Below, piece after piece: positions 51,670-64,000 of a stretch of 64,000 bases of DNA; the first letter of the stretch is position 1, and each line of letters starts with the position of its first letter. The notes under the pieces were generated by a model that ran no database searches, was not told the DNA's origin, and was given only the letters and a program-made list of their open reading frames with translations. The DNA comes from Octopus sinensis (Eukaryota), in the NCBI RefSeq assembly GCF_006345805.1, contig NC_043006.1:84940001-85004000 (forward strand), given 5' to 3'. Made by a program: the position numbers and the translations under genes.

Positions 51670-52218
51670 ACTCTCTCTCTCTCTCACTCTGTCCTTCAGT
51701 CTCTCTCTCCCTCCCTCTCTCTACTCTCTTATTCTTTCTTTCTCTCTCTCCCTCTCTCCGTCTTACTCGTTTTTCTCGTGTCCTTCACTGTCTCTCTCTC
51801 CCTCCCTCTCTCTACTCTCTTATTCTTTCTTTCTCTCTCTCCCTCTCTCCGTCTTACTCGTTTTTCTCGTTCTCTCTCTCCTTCACTGTACCTCCCCCCT
51901 CTCTTTCCTCCCAATCTTTCTCTTTCTCTCTCCTTCACTGTATTTCTCCCTCTCTCTTTACTCTCTGTCTTTCTCTCTTTTTCTCATTCACTACATCTCT
52001 CTCCCTCTTTACTCTTTCTTATTTCTTTCTCTTACCCTCACCCCTCTTATTCTTTCTCATTCTTTCTCTCTCTCTCTCTTCCCCTCCCTTCATTCATTTC
52101 TCTTTCTCATTCTTTCTCTCTCACTCTCTTTCTCCTCCCTCCCCTTCACTTTCTCTTCCTACTGTTCTGTCTGTCTGTCTCTCTCTCTCTCTCACCCTCT
52201 GTTCTTTCTTTTCAACAG
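51670..52218. repeat. 550-bp CT-rich polypyrimidine tract with an internal ~90-bp tandem duplication
   Basis: Directly visible; duplicated unit at about 51692-51781 and 51782-51872. Confidence 0.9.
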
Positions 52219-53289
52219 ACTTTGTGGAGAAGATGGCAGCAGGGGCGTATAGTAAGGGATGGGATGGTCGGGGGTGGGGTCAGCAGCATGGGTAGTGAAA
52301 ATTTTTCCAAGCTTTAGAATTTGCTTTAATTCCTACTTTCAGGAATAAAAATAAAATCCTGGATCAATTGATTATTTTTTTTAAACCAAAAGAAAAAAAA
52401 AAAAATAGAAAACCCAATTATTTGTTAATTTAAAACACAAAAATAACAAAAATATTTCCCCTTTATCACTTTTCCTCCTCCTCCCCGCCCCCTCTCTCTC
52501 TGAATCTTTAGCCTTTCAAAAAATAGTTGTGAAGATGTGTGTAATAACATTATTATTATTATTATTATTATTAATAATAATGTTATAAGCTAACAAATAT
52601 TGAATCAAGTGAGGAAGCATAACAGATTATCACCAGGAATAGGCAAGGAAAAGAATATTTTGTCTTTTCCCCTCTTCAGTTCCTGCTTGCTTAAAATGGT
52701 AAATTCCATGTTCCATTACTTTTGAAATGACTAATGTTCTTTCGTTACCCATTAGCTTTATTGATCCTTGTCGTGTTAAAAGCTCAATTTTCATTTGGTT
52801 ATGATGGCGACAATTGTTGTTGTTGTTTTTCTTTTAGCCCTAGGCCAGTCATGATATTGCAGGCTAATGATCAAAGGCATTCCAGCCATGATCATTTCAT
52901 CAGTTTTGTTTATCAAGGAGGGAACTAACTACTTTTTGTTTTCGTCAAACATAAATCCTGCTTTTTATTAAGAAGACTGGTAGGGTATTATTTCGGGGAG
53001 ATTTGGCTGCTATTTCTAGCAGAGTGAGCGCCCACTTATATATAGGCTCCCTTGTTGACTCAGGGAAAGAATGATCTCAGATGCGTTGTTAACAAATATT
53101 TCCACTGGGGTTGGATCAAATGTCAGATAGCATAAATATATTTCCTCTTTTTAATTGATATCAAGATTGAGTCTTAGCTGTGGCCCCTACCCTAACAGCG
53201 AGATGAACTGAAACAGGTGGTCTCCTACTTTACTTGTCTTTTCCTCTCTTGTTTATATCTTGCTTACTTAAAACAGTAAATTCCATGCA

Positions 53290-53660
53290 ACAGCATTTGC
53301 CAGGGTGAGTTCTGACCAGCGAGTTCACCACATCCCTTATGAATGCTGACCACATCTGACGGTCAGCCACAGACAAGGCTATAATGGATATCCATTTCTG
53401 GTTCCACTGCTGAAGACCATAGTCACAGGGGGCCTAATTGTGCTTCCACGTTTGTCCTCACCATCACCAGCCACATCTTCAGTTGTCCTCCAACTCATTT
53501 GCACCAGCCTGGAAGAGGAGCTAAGTTCACTGCCTTGTGAACAAATTCCCTGGAGGCTGATGGAGAGTATGGCCAAACCATCTTAGACATCTTGTGAGTA
53601 GAGCTTGTTGCAGAGAGTTCATGCAGCATGTGGTATCCATCAATGAGAGGCCAGCCCTAT
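53290..53660 (-). mobile_element. RTE-clade LINE 3' fragment
   Basis: Minus frames: LRWFGHTLHQPPG..PLPGW..GGQLKMWL..YGLQQWNQKW..DRQMWSAFIRDVVN. Confidence 0.75.
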
Positions 53661-54604
53661 TGATTTTTTTTTTTTCTTACAGCATCCAACACGAGTCCCT
53701 CAACAGTCAGGTGAAGCAGTGTTCTATTGTTCTGCTTAGAATACCTGGCAACATATCTGAATTTGGCTATATGTGCAAGAATGATATAGCCTTTACTTCT
53801 CTTGTATACTTTCCCTCTGATGAAGGACTTGCACCCGAAATATTAACTTTTTTCCTTCAATTTTTAAGTTTTAAACTAATAGCTTTTGTTAAAACTTGTC
53901 CTTGGGTTGTCATTTTTGCTTCCTTGTTTCTAAATTCTTCTGATGTAAACATCATGCAGAACTCTCTGGTAAGAACGGAGCTTCTAAGATGGAAGGCGAA
54001 AATTCAAAGGGTTGCTTTGATATAATGGTAGAATGTCTGTCACATTTATAGATAATGTTGTTTCATGTCCCAGTGGCAGCCTTCGACTAAATATTTATCC
54101 AAGGGTTTTTTAACCCTATATTCTACTTGCTGGTATTTATAGTTTTTTGTGCTTCTAGTACCACTGTTAAAAATAACTTTTTCTTTGCTTTTGTTCATTG
54201 CCTTCACAACATCTATACACAGCCATTTTGCTTTTGCAAATCTGTATGTGTATATATGTGTGTATATGTGTGTGTGTTTGTAGTCACGTTATGAATTTAA
54301 GAATCTGTATTTTATGACATCATGTTAGTATGAAAATATTGCTGCCTAAATCTCATTTATCTTGCTAGTGTTTGATTTGACATATGACCTTCACTTTTAG
54401 AAGTCAGATAACATATTTGACTAAATTCTTTATCTTCAGCATCGATACTCTAAGCAGTTAGTTATTGAACTTGCTTTTTCGAGATTTGTCTCTTTTAGTT
54501 TTTCAACCCCTTTCTCATCCAACTGCTGTCAGCAATAGTTTTGTGATATAGTGGGGTTCATCTCATATTTTTGAACTATTAAGCAGTTGAGGAGTCTATC
54601 ACTC

Positions 54605-54646
<42 letters not shown>

Positions 54647-55151
54647 GCTTTTTTATGTCTATCTCTTTCTATTTTCCTTCCTCTTCATTTTTCTCTCTGT
54701 CTTGTCAGTTAAACGGAATTTGTCGAAGCAGATTTACTGATGTAGAACTTGGTAAAATAACTTAGTCCTTCATTATTGAGCTAGTGTTTGAAACAGAAAT
54801 TAATATGAAATTTTTGATGGAAGCTTTTAACACATCTCACTTTACATGAAATTCGTATCATAGAATCGCACAAGCAGTCCCAGTCAGGTTGGTATCAAAA
54901 GGGTTAAATTATGAAAAAAGTATTTTGAGCTTATTGATGGCACATAAGGTACACTTTTTCTCTAAAGAAATATCTTCAAAATTTATCCAACATCCTATAT
55001 GCAGCACTGAGCTTATTATATTTGATGCACTAAAAGATGTTTTCTCTGAATATGTACTGATGAATTTAGGGTGCATTTAATATATCTCCAGGGTGCATCT
55101 AATATATCTGTGGGGTGCATCTAATATATTATGCTATCAAAGATCTTTTAT

Positions 55152-55462
55152 CTTTTACTTGTTTCAGTCATTAGACTGTAACCATGCTGGGACACTTTGA
55201 AGAAGTTTTTCCCTGATACCAAACTGTCAAGTTACAGGGATATAAACACACCAACACCGGTTGTCAGGTGGTGATGGGCACAAACACACACACATACACA
55301 ACAGGCTTCTTTTAGTTTCAGTCTACCAAATCAACTCACAAGAGTTTGGTTGGTCCGAAGCTATAGGTGAAGACACTTGCCCAAGGTTCCATGTAGTGGG
55401 ACTGAACCCGGCACCATGTAGTTGGGAAGCAAGCTTCTTACCACACAGCCATGCCTGTGCCT
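55152..55462 (-). mobile_element. Family A SINE with internal deletion
   Basis: Tail and head present; the middle of the 3' half is missing. Confidence 0.8.
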
Positions 55463-56617
55463 ATGGTAAAATATTTTTGTTGAATTTTTTTTTCCTTTTT
55501 GGTGGATGAGTTCTATTTTTATCTTATTTTTTCATTGTTTCCACATTTTTTTAGGCCACTTGGTCACACATAGTTGGGAATCAGTGTGGTGGAACTAAAT
55601 CTCTTTAACAGTTACTAGCAACACTTAATATATGGAAACCAAAATTGTCAATGTTGTAATGACCTTCAAATTCAAAATTCTTGCAATCTTTATTTTTAAG
55701 CTGTCTTTTAACAATTTATTTTGCAATGCCACAGCAGTACCAAAATAGACATATCAGCATGAAGCTGGAATTGAACCAGCTGGAATAATAGTGGAAAATG
55801 GTGAAGATATAAATGGGGAAATTATATATGTATATGTAGTTTACAAACAAGCATGGCTGTGTGGTTAAGAAGCTTGCTTCACAACCACATGGTTTCAGTT
55901 TCAGTCCCACTGTGTAGCACCTTGGATAAATGTCTTTTACCATAGCACTATGTAGACCAAAATATTGTGAGTGGATTTGGTAGATAGAAACTGAAATAAA
56001 CTCTTGTTTAAATACATGTGTGTATCTATGAGTGTTTGTGTGTGCATGTGACTTTCTATATCCTGTAATTTCATGTGGGTTTGCTGATGGTAAACAAAGT
56101 TTCTCTGATGGTATCAGACATTGTTTGAATGCAGTCTACCATGAAAGAATGTCCAAGCTCCTCAATATCTCTTGACTTGTGCAATCTTTGTAAGCAAGTC
56201 TTCTTCGAATGGTGTCAGTTATTTCAGGTTCTCATGTAACCATGTCCGGGCTGTTTGTTGTTTCAATAGACTGGGAATTCATTACCTCACTTCAGAATTG
56301 GTGTCAAGAAGGGCATCTGTCCATAGAAAACCTTCCCCCCAATGTACTCTTGTCTGACCCATGCAAGTATGGAAAAGTAGACCTTAAAATGGTGATGATG
56401 ATGATTGTATAGCAATTACCTGATACACATGCAGAGTAAGGGTCATATTCAAGAAACCAGATATACTTCTGGTAGAGAAAAGTTTGGTAGAAAAAAGCCA
56501 TCAGTTCAAGAATTTAACTACACATTTTGTTCTGCCAATGTTCTTATTGTATACCATTAACTTTCAGTATCAACTTAGATGAATCTGCTCTTCCAATACA
56601 AACCCAACCTATTTTAA

Positions 56618-57242
56618 CCCTTTCGTTACCGTATTTATTTTGTGGTGCTCTGTGTTTCTTTCACGCACAATAGTTCTGTGATATAGCGATAAAAATCTGA
56701 TAATAGATTTTAGGGTATAGTTTTGGGAGTAAGCGTCGTAAATCACTTTGTGCGTGCATATACACACACATACATATATACATACATACAAACATACACA
56801 CATACATACATAGATACATACATGCATACACAGGCGTATGTGCGTACATGCATACGTACATACATACACACATGTATGCATACATACACACATACATACG
56901 TACATATATATGACGAACTAACTGTTACTTTCTTAGATGCAGCACGGACTTTGTCAGTGAACAGGTCGCGGATTTTAGCGACGAAAATATTTTGACAAAT
57001 TAAACTTAAATGTTGAAGTGAATTGAACGGCTTTTGTGTGTTTCTTAAATGGCTTATAAACACCTTCCACGCTGCAAATATAACAAAGAATTTAGTAAAA
57101 TAACTTCGTTATCATTAAGCTAGTGTTGGGAACATAAATTCGGACTAAGGTTTGGGGGAAAATTTTAATTCAAAACTTATGAAACCAAGACATTTGTACT
57201 ACAGAGCCAGAGCCAGTTTTGGCTGGGTTGGTAACAAAAAGG
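56618..57242. mobile_element. piggyBac-type non-autonomous element
   Basis: TTAA|CCCTTTCGTTACC ... GGTAACAAAAAGG|TTAA (TTAA at 56614-17 and 57243-46); related end fragments near 860-1120, 2230-2305, 46500-46630 and 47530-47740. Confidence 0.8.
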
Positions 57243-58672
57243 TTAAAGTGTTCACATTAAAACTTCTTTTTTTTTAGTGTTTATGTTTTAATCAGTGGAC
57301 TGTGGTCATTTTGGGGGCACTGCCTTGAATGGTTTAGTTGAACAAATCAACCCCACTACTTATTTTTTTCTAAATCTGGTACCCATTCTATCAGTCTCTT
57401 TTTACGAAAGCATTAAGTTCCTAGGAATCATAGGGCTGGCTGCCCAGTTTCCAGAGCTTATAAGTGACCCAGATCACAGCATTCCCACCGGACAGAACAC
57501 CAGTCTGTTTCAGGATTACTCATTTACAGCTGAGTGGACTGTAGCATCATGAAACAAAATGTTTTGCTCAAGAACACAACGCACTGCCCAGTTCAGGAAT
57601 TGAAACCATGTTCATGCAATTGTGAGGGCAACACTAATAATCACTTGGCTATGTACATTCATATTCGTTTAGGGTAATTATTTAAATAAGTAATGTAATT
57701 TGAAGAAAAAAACCCAAAATATAGAAGAAACACATTCTTACACTTTTTTTTTACTTAGAAAAACGGTAAAGAGCAAAATTTTATTTTAGCATCTAGGTTT
57801 CTTTCTTTATTATTTTTGTGCATTCTTATGAAGTTCAGTTTGAATCATCTTCTGAATACAACAGTTCTAAATTTAATCAACGTTTCCAGACCAACTGAAG
57901 ATTGTCAGCATCATTAAAAAAAAATTTTTTTAAGCAATTTAATTCAAAATATAGTGAATTCATGTGATTGTATTTATTTTAGTTAATAATAAATCCAGGC
58001 AAATCTGGCTATGGCTGTTTAGTCTTCTATAAAAACCTTTTGTTAAATTCTGTTTGAAACACTGGCTTCATATAGCAGTTAATGATAAAGCTGTGTATTT
58101 TGTGCTTAGAAAAGGTTAAAGATATGGCTTCTGTGTCTGTTTTTATGGTTATTCTTAATTGCAAATCCGTTATTGTTCACTCTGTTAATGTCTGGTGTGT
58201 TGTGAATTAAGTTAATCAAATTAATATATGTACTTGAAGCCTTAGATTAAAATGCTAGTGTGTGTAATATTTACAGTGTATATACAAATGTGGAATGAAG
58301 GCTCATGGCTTACTGGTTAGGGTATTCAGCTCACAACTGTGAGGTTGTGAGTTCAATTCCTGATGACATTTTGCGTCCTTGAGCAAAACACTTTATTTCA
58401 CATTTCTCTAGTTCACTCAGCTGGCAAGAATATGTAGTGCTTGTTTTTCAAAAGCCCAGCCTTGTCACATTCTGTGTCATTGAATCTCCTTAAGAATTAT
58501 GTTAAGAGTGTGTATGTCTGTGGAGTGCTGAACCACTTGCATGGTAGATTCATAAGCAGGATGTTCATTGACCAGACCCACCAGAACCCTCGTCGGCTTA
58601 ACCAATGGCATGCCAGTTTACAAATGTGGAATGGCATTAGCTGTAATATTTTATTGGAAAGAAACATCTCAA

Positions 58673-58889
58673 AGAGTCATTCTCTTTTAGTGCCTTATAA
58701 TTTAACACACTCACTTGTAAAGTTTCCACTCATTTACTTATTTATTTTTCTAAAATTTTTCTTGCAACCTTTTCAACAACTATTGAAAAGGTTGCAAGAA
58801 TCACCGAAAAATTATTTAAAATAAATAAATGAGTGGAATCTTTACAAGTGAGTGTGTTAAATTACAAGGCACTAAAAGAGAATGACTCT
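58673..58889. repeat. 217-bp foldback (long inverted repeat), possibly a MITE
   Basis: Outer arms of about 70 bp with 3 mismatches; inner perfect 18-bp stem with a 6-nt loop. Confidence 0.92.
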
Positions 58890-59695
58890 CTCCAGACATA
58901 ACAGAAGATGCTTCAACACACGAACTCACATAAAGAATCTTGCAAACCAAATCCAAAAATCTCAGAGATTTCTGTGTTTAAAAAACACAGAACTTACTCG
59001 AAGTAATGGAACAGTTAGTTTGCAATATGCTAGTCCAAAGAAACTGATCACCTTAAAAGTATGCAATATGCCATGAAAAGACAGCAGGTCTGTAAACCAG
59101 AGTTTTCTGTGTGTTTTGGTAGGTCAGTTTTTTTTTCTTTTAACGGGAAATAAATTTTAGTGGTCATGATATAGGTGAAGAATATTTAACAGGAAATCCA
59201 TAGATAGTTGTTAATAATCTAAATACTTTAATACCAGTTGGAATGGCAGTAATTATATTAGAGACCATGAAGTATGCATGCCAGGCAGTTAGATGGCTTT
59301 CTTTTAGATGTAGCCTAGTGTGTGTGTGTCACAATGTAATACTATTCTCAGATGTTGAAGCAATATTCCATTGTGGATTTATCCAAACTTTGCAGAGAGC
59401 CAGCAGCTCATTAGAGCTGAGATATTTATTTTTATTCGTTTTTCATTTTATCAAAGCTAATAAAATAAATGCCAGTAAGAAGAGATGGTGGTAGTAGTGG
59501 CTTTATTTGATTATATATAGATATAGGCATGGCTGTGTGGTTGAGAAGTTTGCTTCCTAACCACATGGTTTTGGGTTCAGTCCCACTTGTGGCACCTTGG
59601 GTAAGTGTCTTCTACTGAAGCCTGAAGCCAATCAAAGCCTTATGATTGGATCTGCTAGATGCACACTGAAAGAACACCTTGTGTGTGTGTGTGTG

Positions 59696-59726
<31 letters not shown>

Positions 59727-61249
59727 TTCAACATTTAACATCCATTTTCCATACTGGCATGGGTTGGATGGCTTGATAGGAACTGGCAAGGCCAGGGGGT
59801 CACACCAGGTTACATTGTCTGTTTTGGCATGGTTTCTAAGCTGGATGCCCTTCCTAATGCCAAACACTTTTTAGGGTGTACATCCAAAAGGATGAAAAGC
59901 AAAGTCAACCTTGACAGAATTTGAACTCAGAACATAAAGATGAATGAAATGTCACTAAGCATTTTGCCTGGTGTTCTACTGACTCTGCCAGCTCACCACC
60001 TTAATAGGATGTAAAATATGAGCAGCAAAAAAGGGTATCATCCAATGAAATGGTCTTTTGAACTCCTCACCTGTCCAAGTGATTTATAATTGAAATCAAT
60101 ATAAAGCATTGTAGATCAGTGGTGGCAGTGTGGGTAGTGGGTTGTATCTCACCAGCCACCTGTTTCATTGAACAAAGTATGGTTTTAAATTCCCCAGATT
60201 AGCCCGTCTTATATCCACATGATTTAAAGTGACTAATTTCTCCTTGTACAATCAGCCAGGAGGTTTAGGAAGGCTTATCTACTTAATGATAGTTTCGATC
60301 TCAATGTTTTGTAAACAACATTTTGTTTGTTTCATTTGATCTGTGCACATGCATCACACACAACACAGGATACATATGTGCATATACTCATATATATATA
60401 TGTGCCTATGTACACACATGCATTCACTGCAAATAGAAATCCATATACATTTTATGAAAACAAATGCAGATGCAAGAATGATTTTATATAAAAGAGGAAG
60501 AAGATGAGTGGGGGAAGAAGGATTAAAGAAAATCCTTATTATAATAAATAATGATTTAGAGGATTTTTTTATGCGTTTTTCCTGTTTTCTTTTCTTTTTT
60601 TTTGTAATAATTTCTCACCTGTGACAGACTGATTAAATTCAAAGATGAAATACAGCTGAGTTTTACTGTACTAAGGCAGACTTAATCATCATCTAGTCTT
60701 TACATGTATATCTTTCCTCTTGATATATTACTTCTCCTGTGTATACACACCACACATACTCGCATGTCTCACACTTGCTGATGAGGAAAGATCAAGAACT
60801 TCTCCTTCCATATAATCATATTCAAACTGCTTAAAGAAACTAACAACCAAATCTCCTTAAAAAAATACCATCTTTAAAAAAAATTGGAGAAGGGAATTTT
60901 AAAACCCTAAATCTTAAGAGGACATATTCACAATAAATGTGCGAGAACTGCAGGTGTGATACCAATATTATAACGAGGCTTGAAATGATTTTTTTTTTGT
61001 GTGTGTGTGTTTTTTTTTTGGTTTTTTTCAACTGAACAATAGCTCTCCCTGTCCCTTGAGGGTATTGTGACCTCCCATTAGGACACTACAGCAGGGAGTG
61101 GGGTTGTTCAATGTTTAGAAGATTTGTGATTTTTCTGAGAAATAAAATATTTAAACCAGGTGCAGTAAGGTATGAATTTAAAAACATTTAAAAGAAAATC
61201 TTTTGTCGGGATTTGAATACAAGTAGCCTATTACGTTATAAATGAGTAG

Positions 61250-61775
61250 AAACATGACTAATGATGTGTCAGGGACTAGAATAATTTTATTATACAAGAC
61301 CTTTGGCAATATACTGTGCTTGAGAAGACCTGTCAAGCCAAGTGATATCATACATGTGGCCAATGCCAGTGTTATACAACTGGCACCTGTGCCAGTGGCA
61401 TGTAAAAAATACCCATTACACTCTGTAAAGTGGTTGGCATTAGGAAGGACATCCAACCATAGAAACCATGCCAAAATCAGATTGGAACCTGGTACAACTC
61501 CCCAGCTTACCAGTTTTCAGTCAAACCATCCAGCATAGAAGACAGACATTAAATGATGATGATGAAGTCCCTGCCTTTTATTTTTAGTAATTTCACTAAA
61601 AATTTAACAGTGGGGGGACACTAGTCTATCATCATCATCATCATCGTTTAACATCCGCTTTCCATGCTAGCATGGGTTGGACAATTTTGACTGAGGGCTG
61701 GCGAACCAGATGGCTGCACCAGGCTCCAATCTTGATTTGGCAGAGTTTCTACAGCTGGATGCCCTTCCTAATGCC
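61250..61775. mobile_element. Tail-to-tail pair of family C elements
   Basis: Plus copy ends with (TGA)n near 61565; minus copy starts with (CAT)n near 61628. Confidence 0.8.
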
Positions 61776-62269
61776 AGTCTATGTAAAAATTTAAATGGGA
61801 CTTACTCTGCATCAACTCATTATCATTATTTTAACATTCGCTAAGGTGGCTGCTGGCTGAACTGTTAGCATGCCAGGCGCATTTCATCTATCTTTACATT
61901 CTGAGTTCAAATTCTGCCAAGACTGACTTTGTCGTTCATCATTTTGACGTTGATGTAATTGACTTCCCCCACTCACCTGAAATTGCTGGCCTTGTGCCAA
62001 AATTTGAAACCAATATTTTAACGTCCACTTTTACATGTTTGCATGGGTAGGATGGAATTTGTTGCAACCAATTTTCTATGGCTTGATGTCCTTCCTGTGG
62101 CCAACCTCTTGTCATACAGGGTAACATTTCCTTATGACTGGACATGATTTTTGTAGAAGACTGGAAACAAACGACACTGTTTTTATGACTGAGACACTCA
62201 TTTAAAACTACCACATGATGTAAAGTAAAAAAGAACAAACATATACACACCTATACACATCTACAAATA

Positions 62270-62780
62270 TGTAGCTGAGTTATAAGAAGTTTGCTTCCCA
62301 ACCATATAGTTCTGGGTTCAGTCCCACTGCATAACACCTTAGGCAAGTGTCTTCTTGTATAGCCTTGTGAGTGGATTTGGTAGGCGGAAACTGAAAGAAG
62401 CTCGTCATATGTGAATGTGTGTGTTTGTGTCTTTGTGTTTGTTTCCCACCACCACTTAACAACTGGTGTTAGTGTGTTTACATCCCTGTAACTTAACAGT
62501 TCAGCAAAATAGAATGATAGAATAAGTAGCAAGCTTAAAAAATAATAAGTACTGGGGTCAATTCATTTGACTAAAAATTCTTTAAGGCACTGCCCCAGCA
62601 TGGCCATGGTCTAATAACTGAAACAAGTTAAAGATATGAAAGGCTTCTTTCAGTTTCCATCTACCAAATCCGCTCATAAGGCTCTGGTTAACCTCAGGCC
62701 AACCAAGGTACCACACAATGAGACTGAACCCCAAACCTCATGACTGGAAAGCTAACTTCTTAACCATGCATCCACACTTG
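62270..62780. mobile_element. Family A SINE (+) followed by an inverted family A 5' half (-)
   Basis: Plus copy 62270-62635, minus fragment 62640-62780. Confidence 0.8.
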
Positions 62781-63346
62781 TGCATAGTATAAGAAAATAC
62801 ATGCAATAAACAACTGCGCAGAATAGCTCCTGTTTGGATTAAAATAATCTTCTTTTTTTTCTTTCTTTTTATTTCTTTGTTTGTAAAACACCATTCTGTG
62901 AAATGTGGTTCTGAGCTAAGAGTGGTCAAGAACCACTGAGATAAACACACAGGTTGGATCTGAGGATTGCTTCTAATCATTTGATTAATTGGTTCTCTGT
63001 GCAATGGTTTTTATCTAAGCAGAGCTGATCAAGAATATTTCAACTAGAAAACGCCTTTTTTTTTTTTTAATCGATTTACTATGCCGCCATCCATTCACAT
63101 CATATCTCTGTTATTATGCTGCCTGCTCCCTTTCATGTTATGATTGCAGAAATATTATCAGGTGTTTATGGAGGTAGTAGAGGGGTGGCGGGTTTGTATG
63201 CTGAGCAGCGTATTTGATTATCTTTGAATTTTTGAAAATATTGGACACTTTGTTGATTATCTCCTTCCAAAATTCTTTTTGAATCTTCATTTTTGGCAGT
63301 TGTCATTTTATAGACTACGCAAAAGAGCTGTGGTACCTCCATAATA

Positions 63347-63580
63347 TAGAGCGGTGAGCTGGCAGAAATGTTAGCACGCCGGGCGAAATGTGTAGCTGTA
63401 TTTCATCTGTTGTTACGTTGGGAGTTCAAATTCCGCTGAGGTCGACTTTGCCTTTCATCCTTACGGGGTCGATAAATTAAGTACCAGTTACGCACTGGGG
63501 TTGATGTAATCGACTTAGGACCTATGTCTGTCCTTGTTTGTCCCCTCTATGTTCAGCCCCTTGTGGGTAATAAAGAAATA
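63347..63580 (+). mobile_element. Family B SINE, full length with TSD
   Basis: 15-bp TSD GGTACCTCCATAATA at 63332-63346 and 63581-63595. Confidence 0.93.
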
Positions 63581-64000
63581 GGTACCTCCATAATACTGCA
63601 AAGCTTAGATGGAATGCATGACAGTAGGAAATTTCCCAAGGGTGCCTTCTGCACCAAGAATGTATAATTAGGTGCAAGTTACCATATTTGATGTGATATA
63701 ATGAACTGAAGAGAATTATTGCACATCATCTTGAAGCTTATAAATTCTCATGACATCAACAACATACAATTTTTGCTGGTAAGAATAAAACTGCCAAAGT
63801 GGATAAACTAATTCAAAGGACTGCTTTAGTACAATTGTATAAAGCCTGCCATGTCTACAGATGATGTGGGCTCATGTCCTATGGGTAGCCTTTGAATTTT
63901 TCTATCCAAAGAGTTTTTAACCCAATATTTACATGCTATTATTTATAGCTTTATCTGCTTCAAGTTTCACTGTTCCAAAAAAGAATTTTTAATTAGTCAA

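Larger units (their letters stand above)
21521..64000 (+). other. Intron 1 of the MTSS1-like gene (continues past the window)
   Basis: GT donor at 21521; no acceptor-flanked segment encoding the expected next peptide (xxPxWEDFxxKAxKL) found by eye. Confidence 0.7.

Noticed and set aside
51600-52317. 231-aa and 233-aa ORFs rich in Leu/Ser/Phe
   Set aside because: Translations of the CT-rich tract, not membrane proteins.
55069-55129. Three 22-bp tandem units GGGTGCATCTAATATATCT as a CRISPR-like array
   Set aside because: No unique spacers and a eukaryotic context; an ordinary short tandem repeat, possibly a transposon subterminal remnant.
63720-63785. Possible MTSS1 exon 2 before a CTG|GTAAGA donor
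   Set aside because: No proper acceptor, and the translation lacks the expected WEDF-type motif.

Overview
Repeat-dense, AT-rich animal genomic DNA. The SINE families and very high microsatellite load suggest an octopod cephalopod; this is my inference and was not verified by search. The only host coding sequence I can support is coding exon 1 (21449-21520, + strand, MDSKLEKDCSALGGLFQAIINDMR then GTAAGT) of an MTSS1/MIM-type I-BAR gene. I found no exon 2, so 21521-64000 appears to be a first intron longer than 42 kb. The rest is transposon debris: several tRNA-derived SINE families, RTE, R4/Dong-like and L2/CR1-like LINE fragments, a Penelope-like GIY-YIG remnant, a DD36E-type Tc1, a Helitron helicase split by two hAT MITEs, and mariner, pogo and piggyBac MITEs. 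Nearly all ORFs in the supplied track are microsatellite or repeat artefacts. The most interesting signals are four loci with hammerhead-ribozyme-like motifs (one behind the Penelope endonuclease remnant, best preserved at 27032-27099), a 217-bp near-perfect intronic foldback, a roughly 500-bp element found twice in TAA-rich sites next to an R4/Dong-like LINE end, and several local foldback inversions. I cannot show that any of these is undescribed, and all the ribozyme-like copies carry core mutations.
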